Under the pieces are notes generated by a model. That model did not search any database. It saw only the letters and a program-made list of their open reading frames with translations, and was not told where the DNA came from. The position numbers and the translations under genes are program-made. A DNA stretch of 64,000 bases from an uncultured virus (IMG/VR IMGVR_UViG_2061766007_000271) (taxonomy: Duplodnaviria; Heunggongvirae; Uroviricota; Caudoviricetes), in IMG/VR virus record IMGVR_UViG_2061766007_000271; one strand, given 5' to 3'. Below are positions 10,268-20,012 of the stretch, one piece after another (the stretch's first letter is position 1; each line of letters begins with the position of its first letter).

Positions 10268-10295
10268 AATATACATCCATTTTTTAAAAATGCAA
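10268..10295 (-). promoter_or_regulatory. class I promoter
   Basis: TTGCAT-16 bp-TATATT. Confidence 0.7.
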
Positions 10296-10296
10296 A

Positions 10297-10333
10297 TAAA
10301 AATCCCCGAAAAACGAATTCTTCGGGGATTTTA
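10297..10333. terminator. intrinsic terminator
   Basis: AAAATCCCCGAA/TTCGGGGATTTT inverted repeat. Confidence 0.7.
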
Positions 10334-10360
10334 TGATTTAAAGGGTGATTTTAATGACGA

Positions 10361-11392
10361 TTATTTGCCAATAAAGCTGTAATCGTTTTTGAAGATGTCA
10401 ACGATGGCATTAGCAACACCCTTGCATGTAAAGACAGCGACGTTGATTGCATGGACGATGATTTCAGCACCCTTTTCGATGTCCTGTCCCATCGCCTCGA
10501 TACCAGACTTGATTTCGCCGTAAAGCTTTTCCAAGGCTTCTCCAATCTTCGTAATCTGAGCGGAAATCGCTTCTCCGATGCTCCTTGAAACCTTCAAGAT
10601 AGCTTTGACACCGCTGGCGCAAAGATTGAAAGCACCTTTCACCAGTTTGTAACCAGCCCAAATAGCGGCTCCGATTCCAAGAAGAATTCCTTTTCCAACG
10701 AATTTGCCAATGTCAAAAACACCTTTAATGACTTTATGGGCTTTTTTACTAAGCCATTCCTTGACAGACTTCGCTTTCTCGGAAATCATCTCCATGAAAT
10801 CTTGAAGACCTTTGATGACGCTGGCAATCTTTTCCTTGATTGCATCAGCCAATTCCAAAGTCTTTTTATGCGCTGCGTCTTCAATCGCCTGATTTTCAGG
10901 TGTATTTTCAAACAGCTTTTCAGCTATCATCAAAGCACTGGCTTTCTTGAAATCGGCATATCTCTGGCAACTGGCGATAAACGAGTTCATTTTATAGTAA
11001 ACGTCTTCCGCTGCGACATTGATTTCATACATCGGCTTGTATTCAGTATCGCTCGCCAGTTTGACTTCGCCTTTGAACTTAGCGACAAAGGAATGATTTT
11101 CAATGAAAAGTTTGGAGGACGCGCCTTTTTCCTTGAGTTCTTCGACATCTTCTGCCATGTCCTTGCATTCATCACCAAGTTCCTTCATGCCTTCCATGAC
11201 TTCCTTTCCAGCTTCCTGAAAATCCGATTTGTTGAAAATCTGGTTGATTTCACTGGCTTCATCCTTGTCCAGCAGTTCCCCGCCACCATTGTCAGCAATA
11301 AGATTTCTGGCGATTTTCAGAAGTTCCTTTGCGACTTTGTTCCTGTTGAAACCGTGCTCGGAAGATTCAAAGTAACCATTTTGTTTTTTCAT
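10361..11392 (-). CDS. helical protein with shared leader and one hydrophobic segment
   Basis: NKVAKELLKIARNLIAD leader; amphipathic helices and GILLGIGAAIWAGY segment. Confidence 0.65.
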   Translation of the reverse strand: MKKQNGYFESSEHGFNRNKVAKELLKIARNLIADNGGGELLDKDEASEINQIFNKSDFQEAGKEVMEGMKELGDECKDMAEDVEELKEKGASSKLFIENHSFVAKFKGEVKLASDTEYKPMYEINVAAEDVYYKMNSFIASCQRYADFKKASALMIAEKLFENTPENQAIEDAAHKKTLELADAIKEKIASVIKGLQDFMEMISEKAKSVKEWLSKKAHKVIKGVFDIGKFVGKGILLGIGAAIWAGYKLVKGAFNLCASGVKAILKVSRSIGEAISAQITKIGEALEKLYGEIKSGIEAMGQDIEKGAEIIVHAINVAVFTCKGVANAIVDIFKNDYSFIGK

Positions 11393-11482
11393 TCGTCAAT
11401 TCTCCTGTTTAAATATATAACATTATCAAAACAAACCATGTCAATTGCTTTTCATTATTATACATCTAAAATAAAGAGAAAA

Positions 11483-12493
11483 TCATGAATTCATCAGCTT
11501 TTTATGGTCAAGCCCTTTCAAGAATCCAGCTTCTTGCAAGTCATTCTTCAGAACATCGCTTCCATAGCTCATGACATCTTCCTCGTTCTTCTTCAAATCT
11601 TCTTTTGTGTCGATACCCATCTCGTGAAGCTCCATCGCGGAAGACTTGCGTTTCAGACCGAATTCATTCATTGTCCGAGCCACATCCATTGACACTTTCC
11701 TGATTGCGCTGATGCTGGCGATTGTCAAGTCATTAGCAAGAGTTTTCAAACCCTCGGATTCAGCAATCATAATCAATGCATTGAATAACCGTGGCATGTC
11801 GTCGCGAATCTGTGACACGACATGGCGAATCCACTTCGGAACCATCCCTCCAGTCATCGCGCAGTAATAAGCAAATCCGTGCATCAGTTCCCCGTTGGAA
11901 AATGAATACCCTTCCCCATACACGGATGACTTGTATTCTGACAGCTCCCATGCCTCGACATTAGACAGTGGAATATGCTCGTCGGCAAAGATATACGACA
12001 GTGTGAGAAGCTCGGTCGTATTTCCATTCGCCTCGGATTCAAGCAACTTGTCCTTCATTTTGCATAGCCTCGCTGGATGATAGTACATCTTGACGGAGAT
12101 ACGTCCAAAATCAGTCAGATTGTATTCCTCGTTGATGCATCCAGTCTCCAATAAATACTTGGAGACATCATTCCAGTGCAATTCAGTGCCTTGTATGGAT
12201 GCGAGCGAACGCGAATACCACTTCTGGAACGATTCCTCGTCGTACACCCTGTCAATCCAAGGCAATACATGGAATGCGACTTCCTTGACCGTCGTAAGTT
12301 CGGATTTAACTGGCGGAGTCTCGTCGTTCAGACATTTGTCGGCATAGTCGCAATCCTGCGAAGGACACAGGATTACCGCCTTTCCAGGCTTGGTGTAACT
12401 TCTCCCAGCCCGACCTATCGCCTGTTTGATTTCCTCGATGTCAACCTGCTCACGCGCACGTCTGACACCGCATATCACCACTTCGTCAATCAT
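11483..12493 (-). CDS. Ski2/Hel308-like helicase, C-terminal part (motif VI, winged helix, ratchet)
   Basis: Begins MIDEVVI; QAIGRAGR motif VI; LTDFGRISVKMYYHP winged-helix signature. Confidence 0.85.
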   Translation of the reverse strand: MIDEVVICGVRRAREQVDIEEIKQAIGRAGRSYTKPGKAVILCPSQDCDYADKCLNDETPPVKSELTTVKEVAFHVLPWIDRVYDEESFQKWYSRSLASIQGTELHWNDVSKYLLETGCINEEYNLTDFGRISVKMYYHPARLCKMKDKLLESEANGNTTELLTLSYIFADEHIPLSNVEAWELSEYKSSVYGEGYSFSNGELMHGFAYYCAMTGGMVPKWIRHVVSQIRDDMPRLFNALIMIAESEGLKTLANDLTIASISAIRKVSMDVARTMNEFGLKRKSSAMELHEMGIDTKEDLKKNEEDVMSYGSDVLKNDLQEAGFLKGLDHKKLMNS

Positions 12494-12645
12494 TTCAAAT
12501 CGTCTTCCTCATCATCCCGAACATAGAATTTCTTTTTCTTCTTCTTGTCTGGTTTCTCAGTCTCCTCGAAATTCCATTCCTTGTTCTTGTTCTCGAACTT
12601 TTTCTTCTTGTCCCATTCGGACTTCTGTTTCTTGTGACCGTGCAT
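12490..12645 (-). CDS. 51-aa highly charged peptide
   Basis: Manual read MHGHKKQKSEWDKKKK...DDEEDDLK; AAGGA RBS; stop overlaps helicase-C ATG (ATGA). Confidence 0.55.
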   Translation of the reverse strand: MHGHKKQKSEWDKKKKFENKNKEWNFEETEKPDKKKKKKFYVRDDEEDDLK

Positions 12646-12663
12646 GTTCCTTTTCCGTTGTTG

Positions 12664-13041
12664 TTATTGCCCAATGGAGGAATCATCCTCCTTCAAATCA
12701 TCCAAATCAATATCATAATGCTCCGCCAGCCAGCGTTCGATTTCCTCATTATACACTTTTCTCTGGCTTTTCGGAACAGGTGTCTTCCTTCCAACCACGG
12801 GCTTCATCGAGCTTTTTCTCACCCGCCTCCTGTCCACCTTCTTGTCTATCTTGCGTTCCTCAATCGGGACATCGAACTTGTCCCACTGGGACTGGTTCAC
12901 AAGGGCGCATGCCTTGTTGCCCTTGTCCGTCAGACCTTGGAGCATGTAGGTGAAGTGACCACGGACGTTCGTCCGTATCTTCGACTTCACTTCGAACTCG
13001 ACCTTCGCCCTTTCGCAGGGCACGTATGCCGTGAACCTCAT
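12664..13041 (-). CDS. basic hypothetical protein, possibly DNA-binding
   Basis: ATG 13041 overlaps upstream TGA; Lys/Arg-rich middle, acidic tail. Confidence 0.55.
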   Translation of the reverse strand: MRFTAYVPCERAKVEFEVKSKIRTNVRGHFTYMLQGLTDKGNKACALVNQSQWDKFDVPIEERKIDKKVDRRRVRKSSMKPVVGRKTPVPKSQRKVYNEEIERWLAEHYDIDLDDLKEDDSSIGQ

Positions 13042-14009
13042 AGCTTTGCGAGCCTCTTGAACTCGTCCTTCAGCACGCCGTTGAGCTTTCCGAGGAAGTA
13101 CAAGGCGAAACATTCGGCAAAGAATTCATTCACGGACTTCTTGGAGTAGTTCGTCGGGAATTCGATTTCACCGTTCTTGGCTCTCTCGTAAAGCCCGTTG
13201 AAGTTCTTCCCGTCAGTTCCGAATTGCTCCTGCCTTTCCCAGAGACCGACTTGCACAACTTCCGAGAACCCGTGCTTAGTCCAGAACCTGTGACCAAGCT
13301 CGTGCAGGAGATACTGCATCGCGTACTCGTGCTCGAAGTGGTTCGCCCCTTCGAGTACAAACACGTAGTCTGTATGGCTGTTGTACAGCCCCCCGTTCTT
13401 CTTGCTGTACCCAAACTCCATCGTCCCGTAGAGAAGTTCGCCTGCTATGCCACCAAGCAAAGTCTTCGCATCGTTCAGGAGATTCACGATGTACGGCTTG
13501 TCCTCCTCCCTCGCGAAGATGATTTTCATCCCGTCATACTCGAAGCTGAGCCGCGACGAACCGAGCTTGTCCTCGTCGAACAGTCTTCCTTTTTGCTCTT
13601 CAATGTCCTGCATGGTCATTTCGTAATTATCGAGAAGCTCCCTCACAAGGGAGTCCGTATCCATCGTTTTTCTCCATTTCAGAAGGTCGGACACGGTTAT
13701 GCCATAAAGGTGGCTGTTGATTTCACTGTCGGTGTCATAGTTGCAGAAAGCATCTACCACCCTGTCCTTGAACCACTGCTTCTTGTCGTTCTTGCTCTTC
13801 TTTGCATAGAATGACTTCTTGAAACACATTACATCGAAGCTGTCGTCACCGAGCTTCTTTATAATCATGCGGACTGGCTCCGTGAACTGCCCATCCTGCA
13901 CAATCCAGACGGTCTTGGAACTTCCACCAGCCTTCTCGTAGGAATACTCGTGTATCTCCTCCGCTTTCACGACCTTTCTCGCTATCCTCTCAAGCTTGCC
14001 ATTGTCCAT
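13038..14009 (-). CDS. zinc metallopeptidase-like protein with shared leader
   Basis: HELGHRFW and PTNYS...EFFAECF zincin motifs; MDNGKLERIARKVVKA leader. Confidence 0.75.
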   Translation of the reverse strand: MDNGKLERIARKVVKAEEIHEYSYEKAGGSSKTVWIVQDGQFTEPVRMIIKKLGDDSFDVMCFKKSFYAKKSKNDKKQWFKDRVVDAFCNYDTDSEINSHLYGITVSDLLKWRKTMDTDSLVRELLDNYEMTMQDIEEQKGRLFDEDKLGSSRLSFEYDGMKIIFAREEDKPYIVNLLNDAKTLLGGIAGELLYGTMEFGYSKKNGGLYNSHTDYVFVLEGANHFEHEYAMQYLLHELGHRFWTKHGFSEVVQVGLWERQEQFGTDGKNFNGLYERAKNGEIEFPTNYSKKSVNEFFAECFALYFLGKLNGVLKDEFKRLAKL

Positions 14010-14038
14010 GTCATTTCCTCCTCGTTTCCAATTTCAAT

Positions 14039-14245
14039 TTAATTCTCTTGTTTTACAGGCGTGTCTTCCATTTCCCTCACCGTCCACGGCATGCGCCTGT
14101 GGCATTTACTGCAAAAAGCATATTCCTTGATTATCTTCGTATTCAGTTCATTTCCGCAATACGGGCATAATGGCTTTCTGCGTTTCTTTTTCTTCTTGAT
14201 GTCATCTTCGCTAAAATCAATATCCTTAATTAGCTCTTCGCTCAT
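14039..14245 (-). CDS. small zinc-ribbon protein
   Basis: CPYC...CSKC; ATG overlaps stop of helicase-N. Confidence 0.6.
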   Translation of the reverse strand: MSEELIKDIDFSEDDIKKKKKRRKPLCPYCGNELNTKIIKEYAFCSKCHRRMPWTVREMEDTPVKQEN

Positions 14246-15574
14246 AATGTAACCCCCATCCCCAATGACGACGTACACACCAATACGTTCAGCCCAGAAT
14301 ATTCGTTCCTGAAATCGGCGATGATGCGCTCGCGCACTTGTGGCTGGACACCAGCATTGTAGAATGCGCACGACACCCCGTACTCTCTCAAAAACTTGCA
14401 AATGTTTTCACCGACGACTTTGGAATGAACAAAAATCAGCATCTTCTGTTCTTCCTTTGTTATCTTTCTCGCTTCCTTCAGAATCCATTGCTGTTGCTCA
14501 TTGTAGTCTTCAGCCACCTCGACAGACTTTATCAGCTCGGTCGGTCGCCACGCGGAATTGACATACCTTGTCGTCTTCGCGTTGCATGCCTTCAGCCATT
14601 TGGCGATTTCGACATAATTGGACAATGTACCAGAAAGACAGACGATACGGCAATTCGGATTCAGCATTGTGATGTTCATGACTAATGATTCGCTTCCAGA
14701 GCCACGGGACTCGTCCATGAGCAGATGAGCCTCGTCGAACACAAGCACCGCGACATCCTTAATCCACCTGTCTCTCGCCCTGCACCGCAGATTCATTGAT
14801 TCGACTGTGGATACAATCAGGCGGGAATTCTCAAAATCGCTCTGCGTCGTATCATTGTCAGATGAAACCAGCGCGATGGGGTACTCCCTGAACGTGTCGT
14901 GACGGCTCCATTCCTGNNNNNNNNNNACTTTATCAGCTCCGTCGGTCTCCATGCCGAATTGACGTATCTTGTCGTCTTCGCGTTGCAGGCTTTCAGCCAC
15001 TTGGCGATTTCGACATAATTTGACAATGTTCCCGAAAGGCACACAATACGGCAGTTCGGGTTGAGCATTGTGATGTTCATGACCAGCGACTCGCTCCCAG
15101 AGCCACGGGACNNNNNNNNNNNNNNNNNNNNNNNNNNNNNNNNNNNNNNNCGAACACGAGCACCGCGACATCCTTAACCCACCTGTCCCTCGCACGGCAA
15201 CGCAGGTTCATGGACTCGACCGTTGACACGATGAGACGCGAGTTCTCGAAGTCGCTCTGCGTCGTCTCGTTGTCGGACGACACCAGCGCGATGGGGTACT
15301 CCCTGAACGTGTCGTGACGGCTCCATTCCTGATGCTTCTCACTTCCAATTGCTTTCAACGGAGACACATAGACGACTTTGTTCGTGTCATTTCTAGCCAA
15401 TTCGTAACCCATAATTGCCTCGGCGATAGCTGTCTTCCCAGAAGCCGTCGATGCCGACACGACAAGATTGCAGTCCTCCGTGAAAAACGGGACGCATTTC
15501 GCCTGAACTGGATTCCATTCATCGAAGTCGAAATCGCAGTAAGGGTAGTCCAATGGTGTCTTGTAAGTTGTCAT
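14242..15574 (-). CDS. Ski2/Hel308-like helicase, N-terminal part (motifs Q to V); contains ~415-bp duplicated, gapped segment
   Basis: NPVQ, ASTASGKT, SPLKA, DEAH..RG, LSGT, IFVHSK, VCTSSLGMGVTL then TGA. Confidence 0.85.
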
Positions 15575-16122
15575 TCCGAAAATTCTTTCCTCATTTCGCC
15601 AAGGATTCTCTGCCTTTCTGCTGGAACTGTATTCGTGCACAGTTCCTCGTAGTTCTTCCTGTAAACCTTTCTCACATCCTTGTCCGCGCTTGAACCGTCA
15701 AGATATTGTACCCGAAGCTGGTCGCGGAAATTGTAAATTTGGAACTGAGTGTCTCCATTAAAGCGGGACTCGAACTCCTCATCCGACAGCCTGACAAACT
15801 TCTCATCTTCTTTTTTCAAATTTTGATGCTCTATATAAATATGGCAATCCACGATGCTTATCTGCATCTTGCTCTCGTCGGTGATGGTTGTTTCGTCAAT
15901 GAAAACATTGTCCTCCAAATCCGTCACATTGCTAGACAGAAAATCACGGATGGCTTCGTCAATGGAATCGTATTCCTTGGTTTGGACTACGTTTTCCAGC
16001 TTTCTTGTCTCCTGCTCATCATATTCGGAGAACCCGATTGGGTCGTCTGGGTCTCCGCTGTATTCGCTTGTACTGTACACGGTATGAATCCAAATCGCCT
16101 TGACTTTTCTATCCTCTTCCAT
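15571..16122 (-). CDS. hypothetical protein, tandem paralogue 1
   Basis: KVKAIW...KEYDSIDEAIRDFL...DVRKVYRKNY. Confidence 0.65.
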   Translation of the reverse strand: MEEDRKVKAIWIHTVYSTSEYSGDPDDPIGFSEYDEQETRKLENVVQTKEYDSIDEAIRDFLSSNVTDLEDNVFIDETTITDESKMQISIVDCHIYIEHQNLKKEDEKFVRLSDEEFESRFNGDTQFQIYNFRDQLRVQYLDGSSADKDVRKVYRKNYEELCTNTVPAERQRILGEMRKEFSE

Positions 16123-16135
16123 CTTATCACCTTTG

Positions 16136-16639
16136 TTAATTGGAATGCTTGTATTCCCTTGCGTACTTTTCCTCGAACACCTTTCCAGCATCAGTGTTGG
16201 CTTCATAATGATTGGGGTATTCGAGTTGCAGTATGACATGGTAATTGTAGTATTCCACCAGCCCGTTGCCGTTATGATACATGTCGCGTATTTCATCATG
16301 GCTGATGGGGACGAGCTTCCCGTCGCCGTCTATTTTCATGTCCTTTTCCTGTTGAACAGAGATGCGCTTCTTGCTCTGGAAAAAATACCAGTATGGCACA
16401 CAAGGAGGCATTTCAGGCTCGCCGAAACGGACGTAATCCACGCCTTTCTTGACATTGTTCTCCAAGAAATCCCTAACAGCCTCATCGACTGTATCGTATT
16501 CCTTGACGGCAATCGGATTCTCCTGATTGATTGTCAAGTCCTTGTCGAATTCATAGGAATCGACCCAGTAATCGAATTCCATGTCGTAATACCTGTAAAC
16601 AACTCGATACCAAGTAGCCTTGACCTTATTCATCTTCAT
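16136..16639 (-). CDS. hypothetical protein, tandem paralogue 2
   Basis: KVKATWYRVVY...KEYDTVDEAVRDFL. Confidence 0.65.
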   Translation of the reverse strand: MKMNKVKATWYRVVYRYYDMEFDYWVDSYEFDKDLTINQENPIAVKEYDTVDEAVRDFLENNVKKGVDYVRFGEPEMPPCVPYWYFFQSKKRISVQQEKDMKIDGDGKLVPISHDEIRDMYHNGNGLVEYYNYHVILQLEYPNHYEANTDAGKVFEEKYAREYKHSN

Positions 16640-17215
16640 CACTCGCGCTTTCCGCAAACCGCTTCAAGTATTTGTCCCTGTACCTGTTCTTCCTGTAAAC
16701 TTCTCTCGCGTCAGCGTTCGCCGACGTTCCGTCAGCATACTTCAAATCCAGAACGTCGCGCATGAAGTAATAGCTAACCCTGTCACCTTTGTCGTACATC
16801 TCCTCTATTTCGCTGTCGTTGAGATGGACAAAATCCCCGTTTTCATCCTTCTTCACGCTGTCGTGCTCAATCCAAATTCGTCTCTCCTTCGGAAGATTCG
16901 CTTGGCTGACGCAATTGCTTTCGATGCTTATCGCAACGGTGTCGTCTGTGGCACGGTTGTCAAGGAAATCCCGAACCGCCTCATCGACGGAGGCGTACTT
17001 CTTGACGACGACGGCATCTCCNNNNNNNNNNGTTGTCTTTTTTCGTGACCTTGTACACGGTTACGGCAATGCGACCTTGGTANNNNNNNNNNTAGGCTAT
17101 CGGTCTCCTTCTTGTCGTATTCCGTCGTGTCAATCCAGTAGTCGTACTCAACATCCGTGAAATTATACACGATTCTGTACCAAGTGGCTCTGACCTTTCT
17201 AGCTTCCTCTTCCAT
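16626..17215 (-). CDS. hypothetical protein, tandem paralogue 3 (gapped)
   Basis: KVRATWYRIVY...DAREVYRKN; interrupted by N gaps enclosing a 50-bp copy of 17575-17624. Confidence 0.55.
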
Positions 17216-17220
17216 TTTCA

Positions 17221-17634
17221 TCATCCTTTGTATTGGTTCAAGTATTCCTCGACATCGCATGGTTTCTCAATTATTTCGACTATGGAAAGCCTCGCCTCGA
17301 CATCATAAATGTATTGACCTTCTCCTAACTTGATGATTTGTTCAGGATAGGCGTATGCAAGAACAGGGCAACCTGATGGAGGACAGAATTCAACCATTGT
17401 CATGGACTTTGCGACAAGCTCCTTTTCGCCCTGTTCGCCTTCGCACGACAGATTCCAGTTCTTGTACTCCTTGAGAAATTGGTCAATTACTTCCCCTGAC
17501 GAGGAACAACTATAAAGAATTGGCTTGTCAGTGCTAAACTGGAAATCGTTGTCGGAAACAGACCTTTCCACAACATTGTCTTTTTTCGTGACCTTGTACA
17601 CGGTTACGGCAATGCGACCTTGGTAATAACTCAT
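17221..17634 (-). CDS. hypothetical protein
   Basis: Start reassigned to ATG 17634 (AAGGAG), after promoter 17681-17708. Confidence 0.6.
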   Translation of the reverse strand: MSYYQGRIAVTVYKVTKKDNVVERSVSDNDFQFSTDKPILYSCSSSGEVIDQFLKEYKNWNLSCEGEQGEKELVAKSMTMVEFCPPSGCPVLAYAYPEQIIKLGEGQYIYDVEARLSIVEIIEKPCDVEEYLNQYKG

Positions 17635-17680
17635 ATATGAATCTCCTTTGCAAAATGGATAACAATAACCGTCTTCCTTT

Positions 17681-17708
17681 AATATACATCCATTTTCAGA
17701 AAATTCAA
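17681..17708 (-). promoter_or_regulatory. class I promoter
   Basis: TTGAAT-16 bp-TATATT, overlapping end of upstream gene. Confidence 0.6.
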
Positions 17709-17923
17709 GATTTCTTCGATTTAATTTTACTCCATTTCTTGACAAGCTCCTCTATTTGGCACAGCTTGTACTTGTAAATCTTCCTGACTTCCTCGCATTC
17801 GTCGCTCTCGGTCGCATTCTTGCACGCCTTGCAATACTTGCACTTCTTCGTGCATTCCTCGAAATCCTCGTCGTAGTACCCGAAGCAGGAATATGGTATG
17901 AATATGGTTTTCGGTGCTGGCAT
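17705..17923 (-). CDS. small Cys-rich protein
   Basis: CFG...ECTKKCKYCKAC. Confidence 0.6.
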   Translation of the reverse strand: MPAPKTIFIPYSCFGYYDEDFEECTKKCKYCKACKNATESDECEEVRKIYKYKLCQIEELVKKWSKIKSKKS

Positions 17924-17980
17924 AATCTTACGCTCTCCTATGAAAATTCAGTTCACATATAATTATACCAGCATACTGTA

Positions 17981-18781
17981 TTAAAACAAAAATTCTGTTT
18001 CGGAATCATCGTCAATCGGGATTTGGAAATCATCCATCTTGATATTGAATGTTTCACTATACTTCTTTTTGATATTGTATATGACCATCGCAAACGTCGC
18101 CTCGTCATATCCAGACTTCTCCCGCAGTTCCCTGTACGGGATTTTCAAGTTCTTGTCATAGGCATCCAGTATGTCACCGCTCATGGATACGATAATGTCG
18201 AATACGAACGATTCCGCCTTGTCGAGCTTCTCCCTGAATTCCTCGAACTGCTCGTTCCAAATCGTCTTCTTCAATTCACTGTCGCCCATGCTTTCTTCAT
18301 CCGTCCTGAACACGATGACATCCTCCGTGTCCTGAGAACTACCATTGTTGTTGTCCTGCGGTTCCGACGATGAAACTAGGTCGTCGTACAAGCAGAAACG
18401 GGAGTTGTAGCGATTGACGCTCTGGTGCAATGTATTGATGACGGAATTGGCAACGATGGTTATCCAAGTCGATACCATCGTCCCTTTCCACTCCTTCCAA
18501 GTATGCTTCGATTTGACTATCTTTTTCCAGATTTCCTGATAGACATCCTCCCAGTCCATCATGACGCAATTCTTGTGCATGACCTTGTAAATCATCTTTT
18601 TGATTGCCTCATGGAACTCATGCTCCTCCGAAAGAGTCAAATCCCCGTACTTGAACTTAATCATGAGCTTTCGGTTGATGTCGTTCGAGCAGATGCTCTT
18701 CACTGGATGACGTGCGGTTATCGTTTCAAGATACTTTATCTTCCCGTATATGCTTTTGAATTTTTCCATGTCAATAGCCAT
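17981..18781 (-). CDS. sigma70-family (region 2) transcription factor
   Basis: EDVYQEIW..I....W...KGT..STWI...ANS.I matches sigma region 2.2-2.4 pattern; possible HTH at C-terminus. Confidence 0.7.
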   Translation of the reverse strand: MAIDMEKFKSIYGKIKYLETITARHPVKSICSNDINRKLMIKFKYGDLTLSEEHEFHEAIKKMIYKVMHKNCVMMDWEDVYQEIWKKIVKSKHTWKEWKGTMVSTWITIVANSVINTLHQSVNRYNSRFCLYDDLVSSSEPQDNNNGSSQDTEDVIVFRTDEESMGDSELKKTIWNEQFEEFREKLDKAESFVFDIIVSMSGDILDAYDKNLKIPYRELREKSGYDEATFAMVIYNIKKKYSETFNIKMDDFQIPIDDDSETEFLF

Positions 18782-18782
18782 G

Positions 18783-20012
18783 TCACTTCCTCTCATGTCT
18801 AATCCTTTCTCTTTCCTGCTCGACCACTTCCATCCTTGCATCGTAATTCGCATTCCCAGCGTTGTACGCCTCGTCCATTATCTTCAGCAATTGCTCCCTG
18901 TTGAACTTCTTCGGGTCTTTCCCGTCAGGAAAATTCAGCACATCGATGTTTTCAATTTCACCGAACAGGGCATCCACAGCCTTCGCCGTCGCCACACATC
19001 CCGCCACATCCATGTCGAATCCAAGATACAATTCCTTCGGATTCATCTTCTTCAACATCGTCTTCTGCTCTGGTTTCAGGGACGTACCGTGAATGGAAAC
19101 GCAGTCAATCCCCTCCTGCAAAAGTTTGATGGCATCGCGTTCGCCTTCAACCAGTACAAGATTGTCCAAGTCATTTCCGCCATTCAGAACTTCATACTGA
19201 CCATAAAGATGGTTTCTTGACTGGAAACCTGGACAATACAGTGTCTTGCGATAGCTTTTCCGCACAGCATCCTCAGTCACGGACGAATCCACCTTGTGCA
19301 TCTTGTCGTAATTCCGCTTAACCCACCAATCTTCGCCCATGTAATTCACGGCGATGTATCCGCATATCTCGTGTTCGGAATTGATGAAGGGAATCATCGC
19401 CCTCCCCTCAAGATACCCATGCTCAATGGAGCAGATGCCAAGAAAATCAACCGTGTCCTTTGTAATCCCGTCATTTGCAAAATACGCAAGGCACTCGTCG
19501 CTGACATGACCTCGTGATAGAAGACGTTTCATCATGGCGATTCCCTTTTCCAATTCCTCCTGACGCTTTATCTCAATCGCCTCCCTGTTGGATTCAACTG
19601 TCTCATCAAGAATGAAATCGGGTTTTGGAAGTTTCAACGCCTCGCCATTGGTAAGCTTTTTGATTGTCTCCTCGATTGTCGGCAAGCGGTACATCCTCTT
19701 CGCTATATAAACGAAGTTGGATGCCTTACCAGACGTGAAGCACATGCAATCCCCATTCTCGGCTTTCATGAACCACTTCGGGAGATGCTGGGCATGACCG
19801 TCATGCAGAAAATGGTCTGGACAATAACCCTTCCACTGGTTGCCACGAATCAGCACAGGACGAACATTCCACGATTCAAGGATACCCCTGACATCGCAGG
19901 ATGCCATCACCATGCGCTTCAATTCGTCTGTCAACTCGACATCTTCATGCTGATTGCTCTCGTTCTCGATGTCATTGCAGACTTTTCTAAGATGATTTTC
20001 AAAGTTACCCAT
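18783..20012 (-). CDS. dnaG: DNA primase (DnaG-like)
   Basis: CPDH zinc-binding region, RAMIPF, TOPRIM LVEGERDA, GFDMD.AG, KDP. Confidence 0.9.
   Translation of the reverse strand: MGNFENHLRKVCNDIENESNQHEDVELTDELKRMVMASCDVRGILESWNVRPVLIRGNQWKGYCPDHFLHDGHAQHLPKWFMKAENGDCMCFTSGKASNFVYIAKRMYRLPTIEETIKKLTNGEALKLPKPDFILDETVESNREAIEIKRQEELEKGIAMMKRLLSRGHVSDECLAYFANDGITKDTVDFLGICSIEHGYLEGRAMIPFINSEHEICGYIAVNYMGEDWWVKRNYDKMHKVDSSVTEDAVRKSYRKTLYCPGFQSRNHLYGQYEVLNGGNDLDNLVLVEGERDAIKLLQEGIDCVSIHGTSLKPEQKTMLKKMNPKELYLGFDMDVAGCVATAKAVDALFGEIENIDVLNFPDGKDPKKFNREQLLKIMDEAYNAGNANYDARMEVVEQERERIRHERK

Noticed and set aside
12494..14241. Group I/II intron, intein or excisable element within the split helicase
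   Set aside because: No intron core, intein termini or recombinase seen; the interval is almost fully coding, and deletion between the two ATGA sites would leave an in-frame stop.
14500..15320. Diverged internal duplication in the helicase, suggestive of a diversity-generating retroelement template/variable pair
   Set aside because: Differences are mostly synonymous and not adenine-specific, copies are bounded by Ns, and no reverse transcriptase is present; best explained as strain bubbles.
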